Shown here: positions 14,618 to 22,700 of the stretch, piece after piece
How the letters are laid out: every line of letters begins with the position of its first letter
Numbering within the stretch: position 1 is the stretch's first letter
NCBI GenBank assembly: GCA_964435575.1
Contig: CAYSZS010000005.1
Coordinates: forward strand, 1 to 50,446
DNA: 50,446 bases
Reading direction: 5' to 3'
From: an uncultured Gammaproteobacteria bacterium
GTDB taxonomy: Bacteria > Patescibacteriota > Microgenomatia > UBA8517
Notes under the pieces: model-generated
Told to the model about the DNA's origin: nothing
Database searches by the model: none
What the model saw: the letters and a program-made list of their open reading frames with translations, nothing else
Program-made: the position numbers and the translations under genes

Positions 14618-16786
14618 ATGGCAGGTCAAGTTGCAAAGAAAAAAGCGGCGATGGTCATGACGGTCACCAAAGACCGTGATGTTCCTTTGGAAAAAATCCG
14701 AAACATCGGGATTATTGCTCATATTGATGCCGGGAAAACAACTACTACCGAGCGAATTCTTTTTGAAACAGGTAAAACTTATCGACTTGGATCTGTTGAT
14801 GAGGGGACAACTGTTACCGACTGGATGGAGCAGGAAAGAGAAAGGGGAATTACCATTGTTTCCGCAGCAATTACTACGTTTTGGGATTTGCAAACCGGTT
14901 CGGTTATTCCCAACGGTCATTACAGAATAAATATCATTGACACTCCCGGACACATAGATTTTACTGCTGAAGTCGAGAGAAGTTTGAGGGTTTTGGACGG
15001 AGCGGTTATGGTATTTGACGGTCGTACTGGAGTTGAGAGTCAAAGCGAAACCGTATGGAGACAAGCCGATCGTTATCATGTTCCCCGGATTTGTATTTTA
15101 AATAAACTTAATCTTATTGGTGCCGATTTTGAGGGTTCTATAAAATCAATTCATGAGAGGCTGGGTGCAAATGCAGCTCCCGTTCAACTTCCAATAGGCC
15201 TTGAACACGCACTTCACGGAGTAGTTGATCTTGTCAAAATGAAAGCTTATACCTATTCAGAAATTGAAGACAATAAGCTGGTTGAAAATGAGATTCCGCA
15301 AGATTTAGCTTTGGAGGCAAAGAAATATCGGGAAGAATTAGTCGAAAAGGTGGCTGAATTTGACGACGAGGCCCTGGCAAAATATCTGGACGGGAAAGAC
15401 TTAGGTGAAGTTGATATTAAAAGGGCCATAAGAGCAGGAGTTGTTGCGGGGAAATTTTTTCCGATTTTAGGTGGAGATAATAGGACGGCTACAGTGCAGC
15501 TTCTGATGGACGCGGTCGTTGAATATCTCCCCTCGCCATTGGACGTTCCCCCCGTAGAAGGAGTAAATCCGATAACCGACGAAAAGGAAATAAGGGAGCC
15601 AAAAAATGACGCACCATTTTCTGCTTTAGCCTTTAAAGTTGTAACCGATCCTCATGTGGGAAGACTTGTTTATTTAAGAATCTACTCGGGAAAAATCAAA
15701 GCAGGTGAGGTAATCAAGAATGTTTCCAAACAAAAAGAGGAAAGGATTGGCAAACTGGTTCTTCTTCACGCAGACCAAAGAGAATTAATCGATGAAGCCT
15801 TTGCAGGAGAAATTGTCGCGGTCGTAGGGATTAGGGAGACGACAACCGGAAATACGCTGTCGGACCTTAATAATCCGATAGTTTTGGAATCAATTGTTTT
15901 TCCCGAACCAGTTATCTCACTTGCGATTGAGCCTGAAACGAAAAGCGATCAGGAAAAAATGGGGCTTGCTCTTCAAAAACTTTCAGACGAAGACCCGACA
16001 TTTAAGATCAAATCAAATCCCGAAACAGGCCAGACGATTATATCCGGAATGGGAGAACTCCAGCTTGAAGTTTTGGTTGACAGAATGAAGAGGGAGTTTA
16101 GTGTTGATGCAAAAACCGGCGCTCCCCAAGTTGCATATAAAGAGACCATAAAGAAGATTGCCCAGGGGGAAGGGAAGTATATTAGACAAACAGGAGGCCG
16201 CGGTCAGTATGGTCATTGTTTCTTGAGAGTTGAACCCAAAGGGCGGGGTGAGGGATATGAGTGGAAAAGTGAAATTAAAGGTGGAAGCATTCCTTCTGAA
16301 TTTGTTCCGGCTATAGAAAAAGGAGTAAGAGAGAAATTGGAAAACGGCATTTTGGCAGGTTTCCCCATGACCGATATGAAAGTTATCGTCTACGACGGAT
16401 CTTTCCATGAAGTTGATTCAAGTGAAATAGCCTTCAAAATTGCCGGTTCTTTGGCGGTTGAAGAAGCGGCAAAGCACGCCGATATGGTTCTTCTCGAACC
16501 AATAATGAAGATAGAAGTATCAACCCCAGATGAGTTTATGGGAGATGTTATTGGAGACTTGTCCAGTAAGCGGGCTCAAATTCAGGGGACAGAGAAAAGA
16601 GGAAATATGACTGTGATTTTAGGACTGGTTCCCCTTGCAGAGGTTCCCGGATACGCGACTAAACTTCGCTCAATTTCGCAGGGGAGAGCCAGTTTTTACA
16701 TGGAACCGAGTCACTATGAAGAGGTTCCAACAAATATTGCCGCAAGTTTAATAACCCAGCGAAGTGGGATAAATCGTAGAGTTTGA
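14618..16786 (+). CDS. fusA: Elongation factor G
   Basis: [29 protein letters not shown], domain IV/V blocks. 722 aa. Confidence 0.95.
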   Translation: MAGQVAKKKAAMVMTVTKDRDVPLEKIRNIGIIAHIDAGKTTTTERILFETGKTYRLGSVDEGTTVTDWMEQERERGITIVSAAITTFWDLQTGSVIPNGHYRINIIDTPGHIDFTAEVERSLRVLDGAVMVFDGRTGVESQSETVWRQADRYHVPRICILNKLNLIGADFEGSIKSIHERLGANAAPVQLPIGLEHALHGVVDLVKMKAYTYSEIEDNKLVENEIPQDLALEAKKYREELVEKVAEFDDEALAKYLDGKDLGEVDIKRAIRAGVVAGKFFPILGGDNRTATVQLLMDAVVEYLPSPLDVPPVEGVNPITDEKEIREPKNDAPFSALAFKVVTDPHVGRLVYLRIYSGKIKAGEVIKNVSKQKEERIGKLVLLHADQRELIDEAFAGEIVAVVGIRETTTGNTLSDLNNPIVLESIVFPEPVISLAIEPETKSDQEKMGLALQKLSDEDPTFKIKSNPETGQTIISGMGELQLEVLVDRMKREFSVDAKTGAPQVAYKETIKKIAQGEGKYIRQTGGRGQYGHCFLRVEPKGRGEGYEWKSEIKGGSIPSEFVPAIEKGVREKLENGILAGFPMTDMKVIVYDGSFHEVDSSEIAFKIAGSLAVEEAAKHADMVLLEPIMKIEVSTPDEFMGDVIGDLSSKRAQIQGTEKRGNMTVILGLVPLAEVPGYATKLRSISQGRASFYMEPSHYEEVPTNIAASLITQRSGINRRV

Positions 16787-16796
16787 GGTTTAGGGC

Positions 16797-16826
16797 TTGA
16801 CAGCTTTGATTTAGCTTTGATAGAAT
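16797..16826 (+). promoter_or_regulatory. Sigma70-like promoter candidate in the fusA-tuf spacer
   Basis: TTGACA (16797-16802), 18-nt spacer, TAGAAT (16821-16826). Confidence 0.4.
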
Positions 16827-16836
16827 ACCAATCACT

Positions 16837-16860
16837 AAGGGCTATAATGCCCTTGTTTTT
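16837..16860 (+). terminator. Terminator/attenuator-like hairpin in the fusA-tuf spacer
   Basis: AAGGGC-TATAAT-GCCCTT followed by GTTTTT. Confidence 0.4.
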
Positions 16861-16935
16861 GTGAACCCCAAAATTATGTTATAATTTTGAGGACCCCGAA
16901 ATAAATTGGGGGGAGATTAAAAGCAAGCTTTTTCG

Positions 16936-16976
16936 GGATAAGAAACTTGTCCTGAGTGAGCGAAGCGAGTCGAAGG
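16936..16976 (+). promoter_or_regulatory. Conserved leader motif abutting the start codon (copy 2 of 3)
   Basis: Hairpin GGATAAG/CTTGTCC, then TGAGTGAGCGAAGCGAGTCGAAGG directly before the tuf ATG. Near-identical to 31789-31830. Confidence 0.65.
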
Positions 16977-18176
16977 ATGGCAGGAGATACAAAACAGAAA
17001 TTTGAAAGGACAAAACCTCATATTAATGTTGGTACTATTGGCCACGTTGATCACGGTAAAACAACCTTGACTTCCGCCATAACTAATGTTCTTTCAAAAC
17101 AATCAGGGAATAAAACAAAAGCTCTTAAGTTTGACGATATTGACAATGCTCCGGAAGAAAAAGAAAGAGGAGTTACCATTAATATTACCCACGTTGAATA
17201 CGAGACCGAAAAGCGCCACTACGCACACATTGATGCTCCCGGTCACGCAGACTACATCAAGAACATGATTACAGGTGCTGCTCAAATGGACGGGGCGATT
17301 TTGGTTATTTCAGCTCCAGATGGCCCGATGCCTCAAACCCGAGAACACGTTATTTTGGCCAGACAAGTAAACGTTCCTGCAATTGTTGTTGCACTCAATA
17401 AAGTCGATGCTGTTGATGATCCCGAGATAATTGAGCTGGTTGAGTCAGACGTGCGCGATCTTCTGAAAAAGTATGAATATCCGGGTGACGAAGTTCCAAT
17501 AATTAAAGTTTCCGCGCTTAAGGCATTGGACGGCGACGCCGAAGCTGAAAAGCAAATTTTGGAACTAATGAAGGCAGTCGATGACTATATCCCGGATCCT
17601 GTTAGAGATATTGATAAGCCATTTGTCATGCCCGTTGAAGACGTCTTCTCGATTAAAGGTCGCGGAACCGTTGCAACAGGTAGAGTAGAGAGGGGTAAGC
17701 TAAAAGTTAATGAGGAAGTTGAAATCGTTGGACTTCACGATACCAAAAAGACGGTTGTTACAGGACTTGAGATGTTCAGAAAGACTTTGGATGAAACTCA
17801 AGCAGGAGACAATGTTGGTGTACTACTTCGTGGAATTGAGAAAGACGAAGTTGAGAGGGGTCAGGTTCTCGCTAAGCCGGGTACAGTTACTCCCCATACA
17901 GAATTTGAAGCAGAAGTTTATATTCTAAGCAAAGAGGAAGGTGGTCGTCATACACCTTTTTTTACTGGTTACAAACCGCAGTTTTACATTCGAACCGCAG
18001 ACGTTACGGGCGAGGTTACCCTTCCTGAGGGAATTGAGATGGTCATGCCGGGAGATAATGCCAAAATGAAGGTTAAACTTATTCAACCGGTTGCAATGGA
18101 AGAGGGTTGGAGATTTGCGATACGAGAAGGCGGACAGACTGTTGGTGCCGGAGTTATTACTAAGATAATTGTTTAA
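16977..18176 (+). CDS. tuf: Elongation factor Tu
   Basis: [42 protein letters not shown]. Start set at ATG 16977 rather than the upstream alternative start of the track ORF. Confidence 0.96.
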   Translation: MAGDTKQKFERTKPHINVGTIGHVDHGKTTLTSAITNVLSKQSGNKTKALKFDDIDNAPEEKERGVTINITHVEYETEKRHYAHIDAPGHADYIKNMITGAAQMDGAILVISAPDGPMPQTREHVILARQVNVPAIVVALNKVDAVDDPEIIELVESDVRDLLKKYEYPGDEVPIIKVSALKALDGDAEAEKQILELMKAVDDYIPDPVRDIDKPFVMPVEDVFSIKGRGTVATGRVERGKLKVNEEVEIVGLHDTKKTVVTGLEMFRKTLDETQAGDNVGVLLRGIEKDEVERGQVLAKPGTVTPHTEFEAEVYILSKEEGGRHTPFFTGYKPQFYIRTADVTGEVTLPEGIEMVMPGDNAKMKVKLIQPVAMEEGWRFAIREGGQTVGAGVITKIIV

Positions 18177-18190
18177 CAGACTTACTTACT

Positions 18191-18217
18191 CCCCGAGTCA
18201 GGCTCGGGGATTTTTTT
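18191..18217 (+). terminator. Intrinsic terminator after tuf
   Basis: CCCCGAG-TCAGG-CTCGGGG followed by ATTTTTTT. Confidence 0.8.
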
Positions 18218-18230
18218 GCACCTTAAGGCT

Positions 18231-18545
18231 ATGGCAGGGCTTGGAAGACTAAGAGTCAAACTAAAAAGCTACGACCACCGAGTGATCGACGAGGCGGTTG
18301 TGAAGATTATTGATACGGCCATGGCAACCGGCGCGAAGATAAAAGGTCCAATCCCACTTCCCACCAAAAGGACTCTTATTCCGATTGTTCCTTCGACTTC
18401 CAGGGGAATAAAAAATGCGCAAGAACACTTTGAAGTTTTGGTTCATAAGAGGCTCGTTGATATTTTAGACCCCTCAAGCCGGACGATCGACTCTCTCTCT
18501 AATCTCGACCTTCCAGCAGGCGTATCTATCGAAATCAAAATGTAA
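18231..18545 (+). CDS. rpsJ: 30S ribosomal protein S10
   Basis: RLRVKLKSYDHRVIDEAV...KGPIPLPT...HKRLVDI. ATG 18231 preferred over the track start at 18216. Confidence 0.93.
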   Translation: MAGLGRLRVKLKSYDHRVIDEAVVKIIDTAMATGAKIKGPIPLPTKRTLIPIVPSTSRGIKNAQEHFEVLVHKRLVDILDPSSRTIDSLSNLDLPAGVSIEIKM

Positions 18546-18579
18546 CTTCGCAGGTCAAGTTGAATTGACTAGATTTTAG

Positions 18580-18792
18580 TTATACAGAGAGGATTTCTTG
18601 CTTAACCTTGCGAGGAAGGTTTTTGGAAGTTTCTTTAAGAAAACTTGAGGCCTCCAAAATTTCCATTAACACAGGCCTATTTTTTTTAGAAAAATGGACA
18701 ATTACTCCCCTTACTTGTTCAGCATAATCTACAGGTTCTTTTGAGAACCAAATCATTAAAACGTCGTCTTCCTTGTCATATCTATACTTCAT
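18580..18792 (-). CDS. DUF2283-family protein (putative antitoxin)
   Basis: YDKEDDVLMIWFS...VLMEILEAS pattern typical of DUF2283. 4-nt overlap with the upstream partner. Confidence 0.6.
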   Translation of the reverse strand: MKYRYDKEDDVLMIWFSKEPVDYAEQVRGVIVHFSKKNRPVLMEILEASSFLKETSKNLPRKVKQEILSV

Positions 18793-19046
18793 TTAAAATA
18801 CCTCCCTTCCTTTGCTGGATAGAAAGTAATGATGATAATTATATCATCCTCTTTCCTGTGGACAACTCGTAAAACATAGTTTTTACGTAACTTGCCGGAG
18901 GCTATTAAATTGGGATAATCTGTAATATCATCTAAATGAACTGGTTGTTTTAGTATTTTCCTGACGAGCCTCTTACCGACTTTAATACCTAGTTCCTCTA
19001 AATCATTGAATTTTTTAACAGCATGCTTTGTATATACAATCTTCAC
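18789..19046 (-). CDS. DUF4258-like putative toxin
   Basis: 85 aa. YTKHAVKKF...GI and IIIIITFY pattern. Paired with a DUF2283 gene in an overlapping two-gene cassette. Confidence 0.5.
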   Translation of the reverse strand: MKIVYTKHAVKKFNDLEELGIKVGKRLVRKILKQPVHLDDITDYPNLIASGKLRKNYVLRVVHRKEDDIIIIITFYPAKEGRYFK

Positions 19047-19100
19047 TATTTCATCTTATCAAAAAGTTGAAATATATGATTCAAGTTGAATTGAAAAGAT

Positions 19101-19451
19101 TTATTTGTTATTATACGTTGTTTCGTGGGGGTTGAGGACGAGCGGATATACGTCGTAAGCGATCTCTTCGTAAGGATGAACTTTATTGACGGCTGCCATG
19201 ATTTTTCTGAGATCTTTTTTGTAACAAACAGTCTCGATTCTTTCTTCGTTAACTTCCTCAAGCTATCCAATTTCACCGATTGTCGGATGCGCTCCTTCCA
19301 TCGGAATGTATTGTCCCACTCCCTTAATAGAAAAACTGCAATATTTATAATTTCCGACAACTCCGGCTCCGGCTTTTCCTATAGCTTCTCGAACTTGAGC
19401 GGTATGGGTTTCAGTTACAAATACTACGAGCTTAACGGTTTCTCCCATCAT
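19101..19451 (-). pseudogene. COG3323 / NIF3-insert-like (YqfO C-terminal domain) protein interrupted by an in-frame TAG
   Basis: MMGETVKLVVFVTETHTAQVREAIGKAGAGVVGNYKYCSF...PTIGEIG-TAG(19265-19263)-LEEVNEERIETV...KVHPYEEIAYDVYPL. Family pattern is continuous across the stop. Confidence 0.7.
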
Positions 19452-19482
19452 AAATGCATTATACCCCGTTTTGGGTTTGGTG

Positions 19483-19512
19483 TTGCACAGCCTAAGCCTA
19501 ATTTGTTATAAT
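19483..19512 (+). promoter_or_regulatory. Sigma70-like promoter for the rplC operon
   Basis: TTGCAC (19483-19488), 18-nt spacer, TATAAT (19507-19512). Confidence 0.5.
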
Positions 19513-19576
19513 TGCCCATAGTGGAGGTGGTTCGTCAGACATAGCCACATTTAATTTCCAAGAAGTGCCTAATATA

Positions 19577-19600
19577 AGGGCGCCTTGGGCGCTCTTTTTT
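19577..19600 (+). terminator. Leader attenuator/terminator upstream of rplC
   Basis: AGGGCGCC-TTG-GGCGCTCT (8 bp with one G-U) followed by TTTTTT, about 60-80 nt downstream of the predicted TSS. Confidence 0.5.
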
Positions 19601-19717
19601 GTTGCACAAATTTTATAATAAAAATAGCGCAACAACCCTCCAGCAAACGCTCCTTGAGCCGTGTACGAATAGTACTGAAAAGGTGAAAGGTAAGTTGCGG
19701 AGGGTGTGCGGCTTATT

Positions 19718-20500
19718 ATGTTAAATACCCTTTTAGGATCAAAAGTTAAAATGGGACAAACCTTTGTCGAAGGGACAAGGGTTCCTGTTACATGGATTAA
19801 AACAGGTCCTTGCGTCGTCACCAATATCAAGAATATGGACCGCGACGGTCACTGGGCAGTACAGCTCGGATTCGGAGAAAGAAACCTCAAGAATACTTCA
19901 AAACCACTTCAAGGACACCTCAAAAAAATAAATCAAAAATCAAATATCAAAGATCAAAAATTACCTCGTTATTTAAGAGAAGTTAAATTAGACAAAGAGC
20001 CCGAATTTAAAGTTGGAGATGTTATAAATATTTCCGATATTTTTAAAAAAGGTGACGTTGTTGCCGTCACGGGAACTTCAAAAGGTAAAGGCTTTGCAGG
20101 AGTGGTTAAGCGTTGGAAATTCAGAGGAGGTCCAAGGACTCATGGCCAAAGTGATAGGGAGCGTGCCCCGGGGTCAATCGGTCAAGGTACAACACCGGGA
20201 CGGGTATATAAGGGTAAACATATGGCGGGGAGAATGGGAGGGGGTACAGTTACCGTTAAAAACTTAATAGTTGTAGATATCGATTCTCAAAATAACGCGC
20301 TTGCTGTCTCTGGCCCCGTGCCGGGAATTCCGAAGAATTTGTTGATAATTAAAAAGATTGCGGAAGGAAGTTTAGAAGAATTGGTAGAGGAAGCGCCTCA
20401 GGTTGAGATACAGCAGGTAGAGGAGGAGGGTAAATCGGATGAGAAGCTTGCAAGCACAGAGAGCACTGAAAAAACTGAGACCACAGAGAAAGAAGAATAA
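19718..20500 (+). CDS. rplC: 50S ribosomal protein L3 (with internal insert and acidic C-terminal tail)
   Basis: MLNTLLGSKVKMGQTF, VTGTSKGKGFAGVVKRW, GPRTHGQSDRERAPGSIG. Confidence 0.93.
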   Translation: MLNTLLGSKVKMGQTFVEGTRVPVTWIKTGPCVVTNIKNMDRDGHWAVQLGFGERNLKNTSKPLQGHLKKINQKSNIKDQKLPRYLREVKLDKEPEFKVGDVINISDIFKKGDVVAVTGTSKGKGFAGVVKRWKFRGGPRTHGQSDRERAPGSIGQGTTPGRVYKGKHMAGRMGGGTVTVKNLIVVDIDSQNNALAVSGPVPGIPKNLLIIKKIAEGSLEELVEEAPQVEIQQVEEEGKSDEKLASTESTEKTETTEKEE

Positions 20501-20502
20501 TT

Positions 20503-21261
20503 ATGATTAAACTTACAATCTATTCGGCAAAAGGAACAAGAAAAGGCAGTACTAACTTGCCGAAGAGTTTCATTGAAAAAGAAAATCTGGCACTTTTATC
20601 GCAAGCCGTTCGTGTTTATGAAGACAGGAAACACCCCGGCTTGTCAAAAGTGAAGACGCGGGGTGAAGTTTCTGCTTCCACTCGTAAAATTTATAGACAA
20701 AAAGGAACCGGAGGTGCTCGTCACGGTGCAATTTCGGCGCCGATTTTTGTCGGAGGAGGGGTGGCTCACGGTCCCAAGGGGGTTAAGAGGAAATTATCTT
20801 TACCCAAAAAAATCAAAGAGAAGGCTTTGGGTGTAGCTTTGTCATTGAAGGCCAGTGAAGGTCAACTTTTAGTTGTGGATGGTCTCTCGAATCTTAAAAA
20901 GACTAAAGAAGTTAATAATTTGATTAATAAAATTGCTGAAAAAGAGGGTATAAAGGGAACTTTTAAGTTTATATTTGCTCTTTCAGACAAAAATAAGGAA
21001 GTTGAAAAGGTAGTTAGAAACATCGAGAAGATTAATGTATTGCCATTCAGGAATCTTAATGCCCACCAAGTCTACTTGGGTGGAATTTTGATTGTTGATA
21101 AAGAAGCATTGGAAGAAAAAGGGACCACAAGTATCAAAAGTAGCAAAGGTACCAAGAGTATCACAAGAATTAAGACAGCAAGAAAGGTCGTAGAAAGGAA
21201 GAGGAGTACTGGAAAAAACGCAAGGAAGGAGTCAGTGAAATCCGTAAAGAAACCCGTGTAA
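20503..21261 (+). CDS. rplD: 50S ribosomal protein L4 (Lys-rich C-terminal tail)
   Basis: YRQKGTGGARHGAISAPIFVGGGVAHGP. Confidence 0.93.
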   Translation: MIKLTIYSAKGTRKGSTNLPKSFIEKENLALLSQAVRVYEDRKHPGLSKVKTRGEVSASTRKIYRQKGTGGARHGAISAPIFVGGGVAHGPKGVKRKLSLPKKIKEKALGVALSLKASEGQLLVVDGLSNLKKTKEVNNLINKIAEKEGIKGTFKFIFALSDKNKEVEKVVRNIEKINVLPFRNLNAHQVYLGGILIVDKEALEEKGTTSIKSSKGTKSITRIKTARKVVERKRSTGKNARKESVKSVKKPV

Positions 21262-21271
21262 ATCTGTAGCT

Positions 21272-21553
21272 ATGAAACTCGAACCAGTTATTACTGAAAA
21301 AAGTACAAGATTGGCAGAAGAAGGAAAGTATACTTTTAGGGTCAATATTGGCTTGAATAAATTCAAAATAAAAAAGATCATTGAAGAAGTTTTCGGGGTT
21401 CATGTAACGAGTGTTAAAACGATTAAAGAACGCGGGGAAACCAAAAAAAATTTCCGGGGCAGGATTAGAGTTATCAAGCCTCAAAAGAAAGCCATAGTCA
21501 CACTTGGAGAAAAAGAGAAGATTGATTTGTTTGAGAGTAAAAAGACTAAATGA
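21272..21553 (+). CDS. rplW: 50S ribosomal protein L23
   Basis: Position between L4 and L2. PVITEKS...KYTFRV...KKAIVTL pattern. Confidence 0.9.
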   Translation: MKLEPVITEKSTRLAEEGKYTFRVNIGLNKFKIKKIIEEVFGVHVTSVKTIKERGETKKNFRGRIRVIKPQKKAIVTLGEKEKIDLFESKKTK

Positions 21554-22305
21554 GACAATTATTGACATTATTGCCAAAAAAATCGGGAAGAGACGTAAAA
21601 GGGCATGTATCAGTTCGTCACCAGGGAGGCCGTGCAAAAAGGTTTTTACGCGAAATCGATTTTAAACGTGACAAAAAGGAAGTTTTGGGGGTAGTTGAAT
21701 TGATAGAGTACGACCCAAATCGAAATGCCAGTATAGCAAAAATCATTTACGAGGACGGAGAAAGAAGGTTTATTTTAGCCCCACTTGGCTTAAGACAGGG
21801 GAGTAAAATAATTGCGTCGTTCACGGCTCCGCTTGAACCCGGGAATGCACTGCCTTTGACTAAAATTCCCGCCGGAACCCAGGTTCACAATATAGAAATT
21901 TCGCCGGGTAAAGGTGGACAGATAGTAAAGACTGCGGGAGGATCTGCGGTTGTCCAGGGTAAAGACGAAAATTGGGTTATAGTTAAACTTCCTTCTGGTG
22001 AGACGAGAAGGTTTAGGCCAGAGTGTTGGGCTACCCTTGGCCAGATAGGAAACGTTGAATTAAAAACGAGAAGACTTGGAAAAGCTGGTAGAAAAAGAAG
22101 GATGGGTATTAGACCAAGCGTCAGGGGAGTTGCAATGCATCCTGGGGCTCACCCCCACGGTGGAGGAGAAGGAAGAAGCGGGGTTGGTTTGAAATATCCA
22201 AAAACGCCCTGGGGAAAGCCTGCGGTTGGGAAGACCAGGAAGAGGAAGAAATATTCTAACTCGTTAATTATAAGTCCGAGAAAGAAAGGACCGCATGTAG
22301 GATAA
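21550..22305 (+). CDS. rplB: 50S ribosomal protein L2 (N-terminally short)
   Basis: VRHQGGRAKR, IDFKR, EYDPNRNASIA, MHPGAHPHGGGEGR. Start overlaps the rplW stop (ATGA). Confidence 0.93.
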   Translation: MRQLLTLLPKKSGRDVKGHVSVRHQGGRAKRFLREIDFKRDKKEVLGVVELIEYDPNRNASIAKIIYEDGERRFILAPLGLRQGSKIIASFTAPLEPGNALPLTKIPAGTQVHNIEISPGKGGQIVKTAGGSAVVQGKDENWVIVKLPSGETRRFRPECWATLGQIGNVELKTRRLGKAGRKRRMGIRPSVRGVAMHPGAHPHGGGEGRSGVGLKYPKTPWGKPAVGKTRKRKKYSNSLIISPRKKGPHVG

Positions 22306-22340
22306 TAAGTCGTATATGACATATATGACTTATAAAACTT

Positions 22341-22622
22341 ATGAGTAGAAGTTCAAAAAAAGGACCCTTTGTAGACAGCCGCCTTGTAAAAAAGGTTAAG
22401 GCTGGTATGGGAGATAAGGCAACTCCTATTACAACTTGGATAAGAAATAGTCAAATTCCGCCTGAGTTTGTCGGAAAATACTTTAAAGTGCATAACGGTA
22501 AAATCTTTATCGACGTATTTATAACCGAAGACATGGTGGGACATAATCTAGGCGAATTTGCTTTGACCAGAACTTTTCGTGGGCATGGACAGGTTGTCAA
22601 AAGGACATTGGAGAAGACCTAA
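22341..22622 (+). CDS. rpsS: 30S ribosomal protein S19
   Basis: [27 protein letters not shown]. Confidence 0.95.
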   Translation: MSRSSKKGPFVDSRLVKKVKAGMGDKATPITTWIRNSQIPPEFVGKYFKVHNGKIFIDVFITEDMVGHNLGEFALTRTFRGHGQVVKRTLEKT

Positions 22623-22678
22623 CCCCGAAGAACTCTTACCTCCTCCCCGGGTTACCGTACGGTACCCGGCGTCGGAGG
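22622..22678 (+). repeat. Structured ~50-nt repeat, copy 2, in the rpsS-rplV spacer
   Basis: ACCCCGAAGAACTCTTACCTCCTCCCCGGGTTACCGTACGGTACCCGGCG plus closing GGAGG. Extended hairpin 22642-22678 of about 14 bp. Confidence 0.75.
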
Positions 22679-22700
22679 GGCGAGTCAACGGGGCAAGCTT

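Noticed and set aside
16956-16976. EF-Tu N-terminal extension MSEASRR from the track ORF start
   Set aside because: It is a translation of the conserved leader motif. EF-Tu homologues begin [14 protein letters not shown], matching ATG 16977.
19046-19830. ORFs 19046..19360(-), 19125..19511(+) and 19498..19830(-)
   Set aside because: They overlap the COG3323 gene in other frames or strands, or cover the rplC promoter/leader and rplC start. They show no family resemblance.
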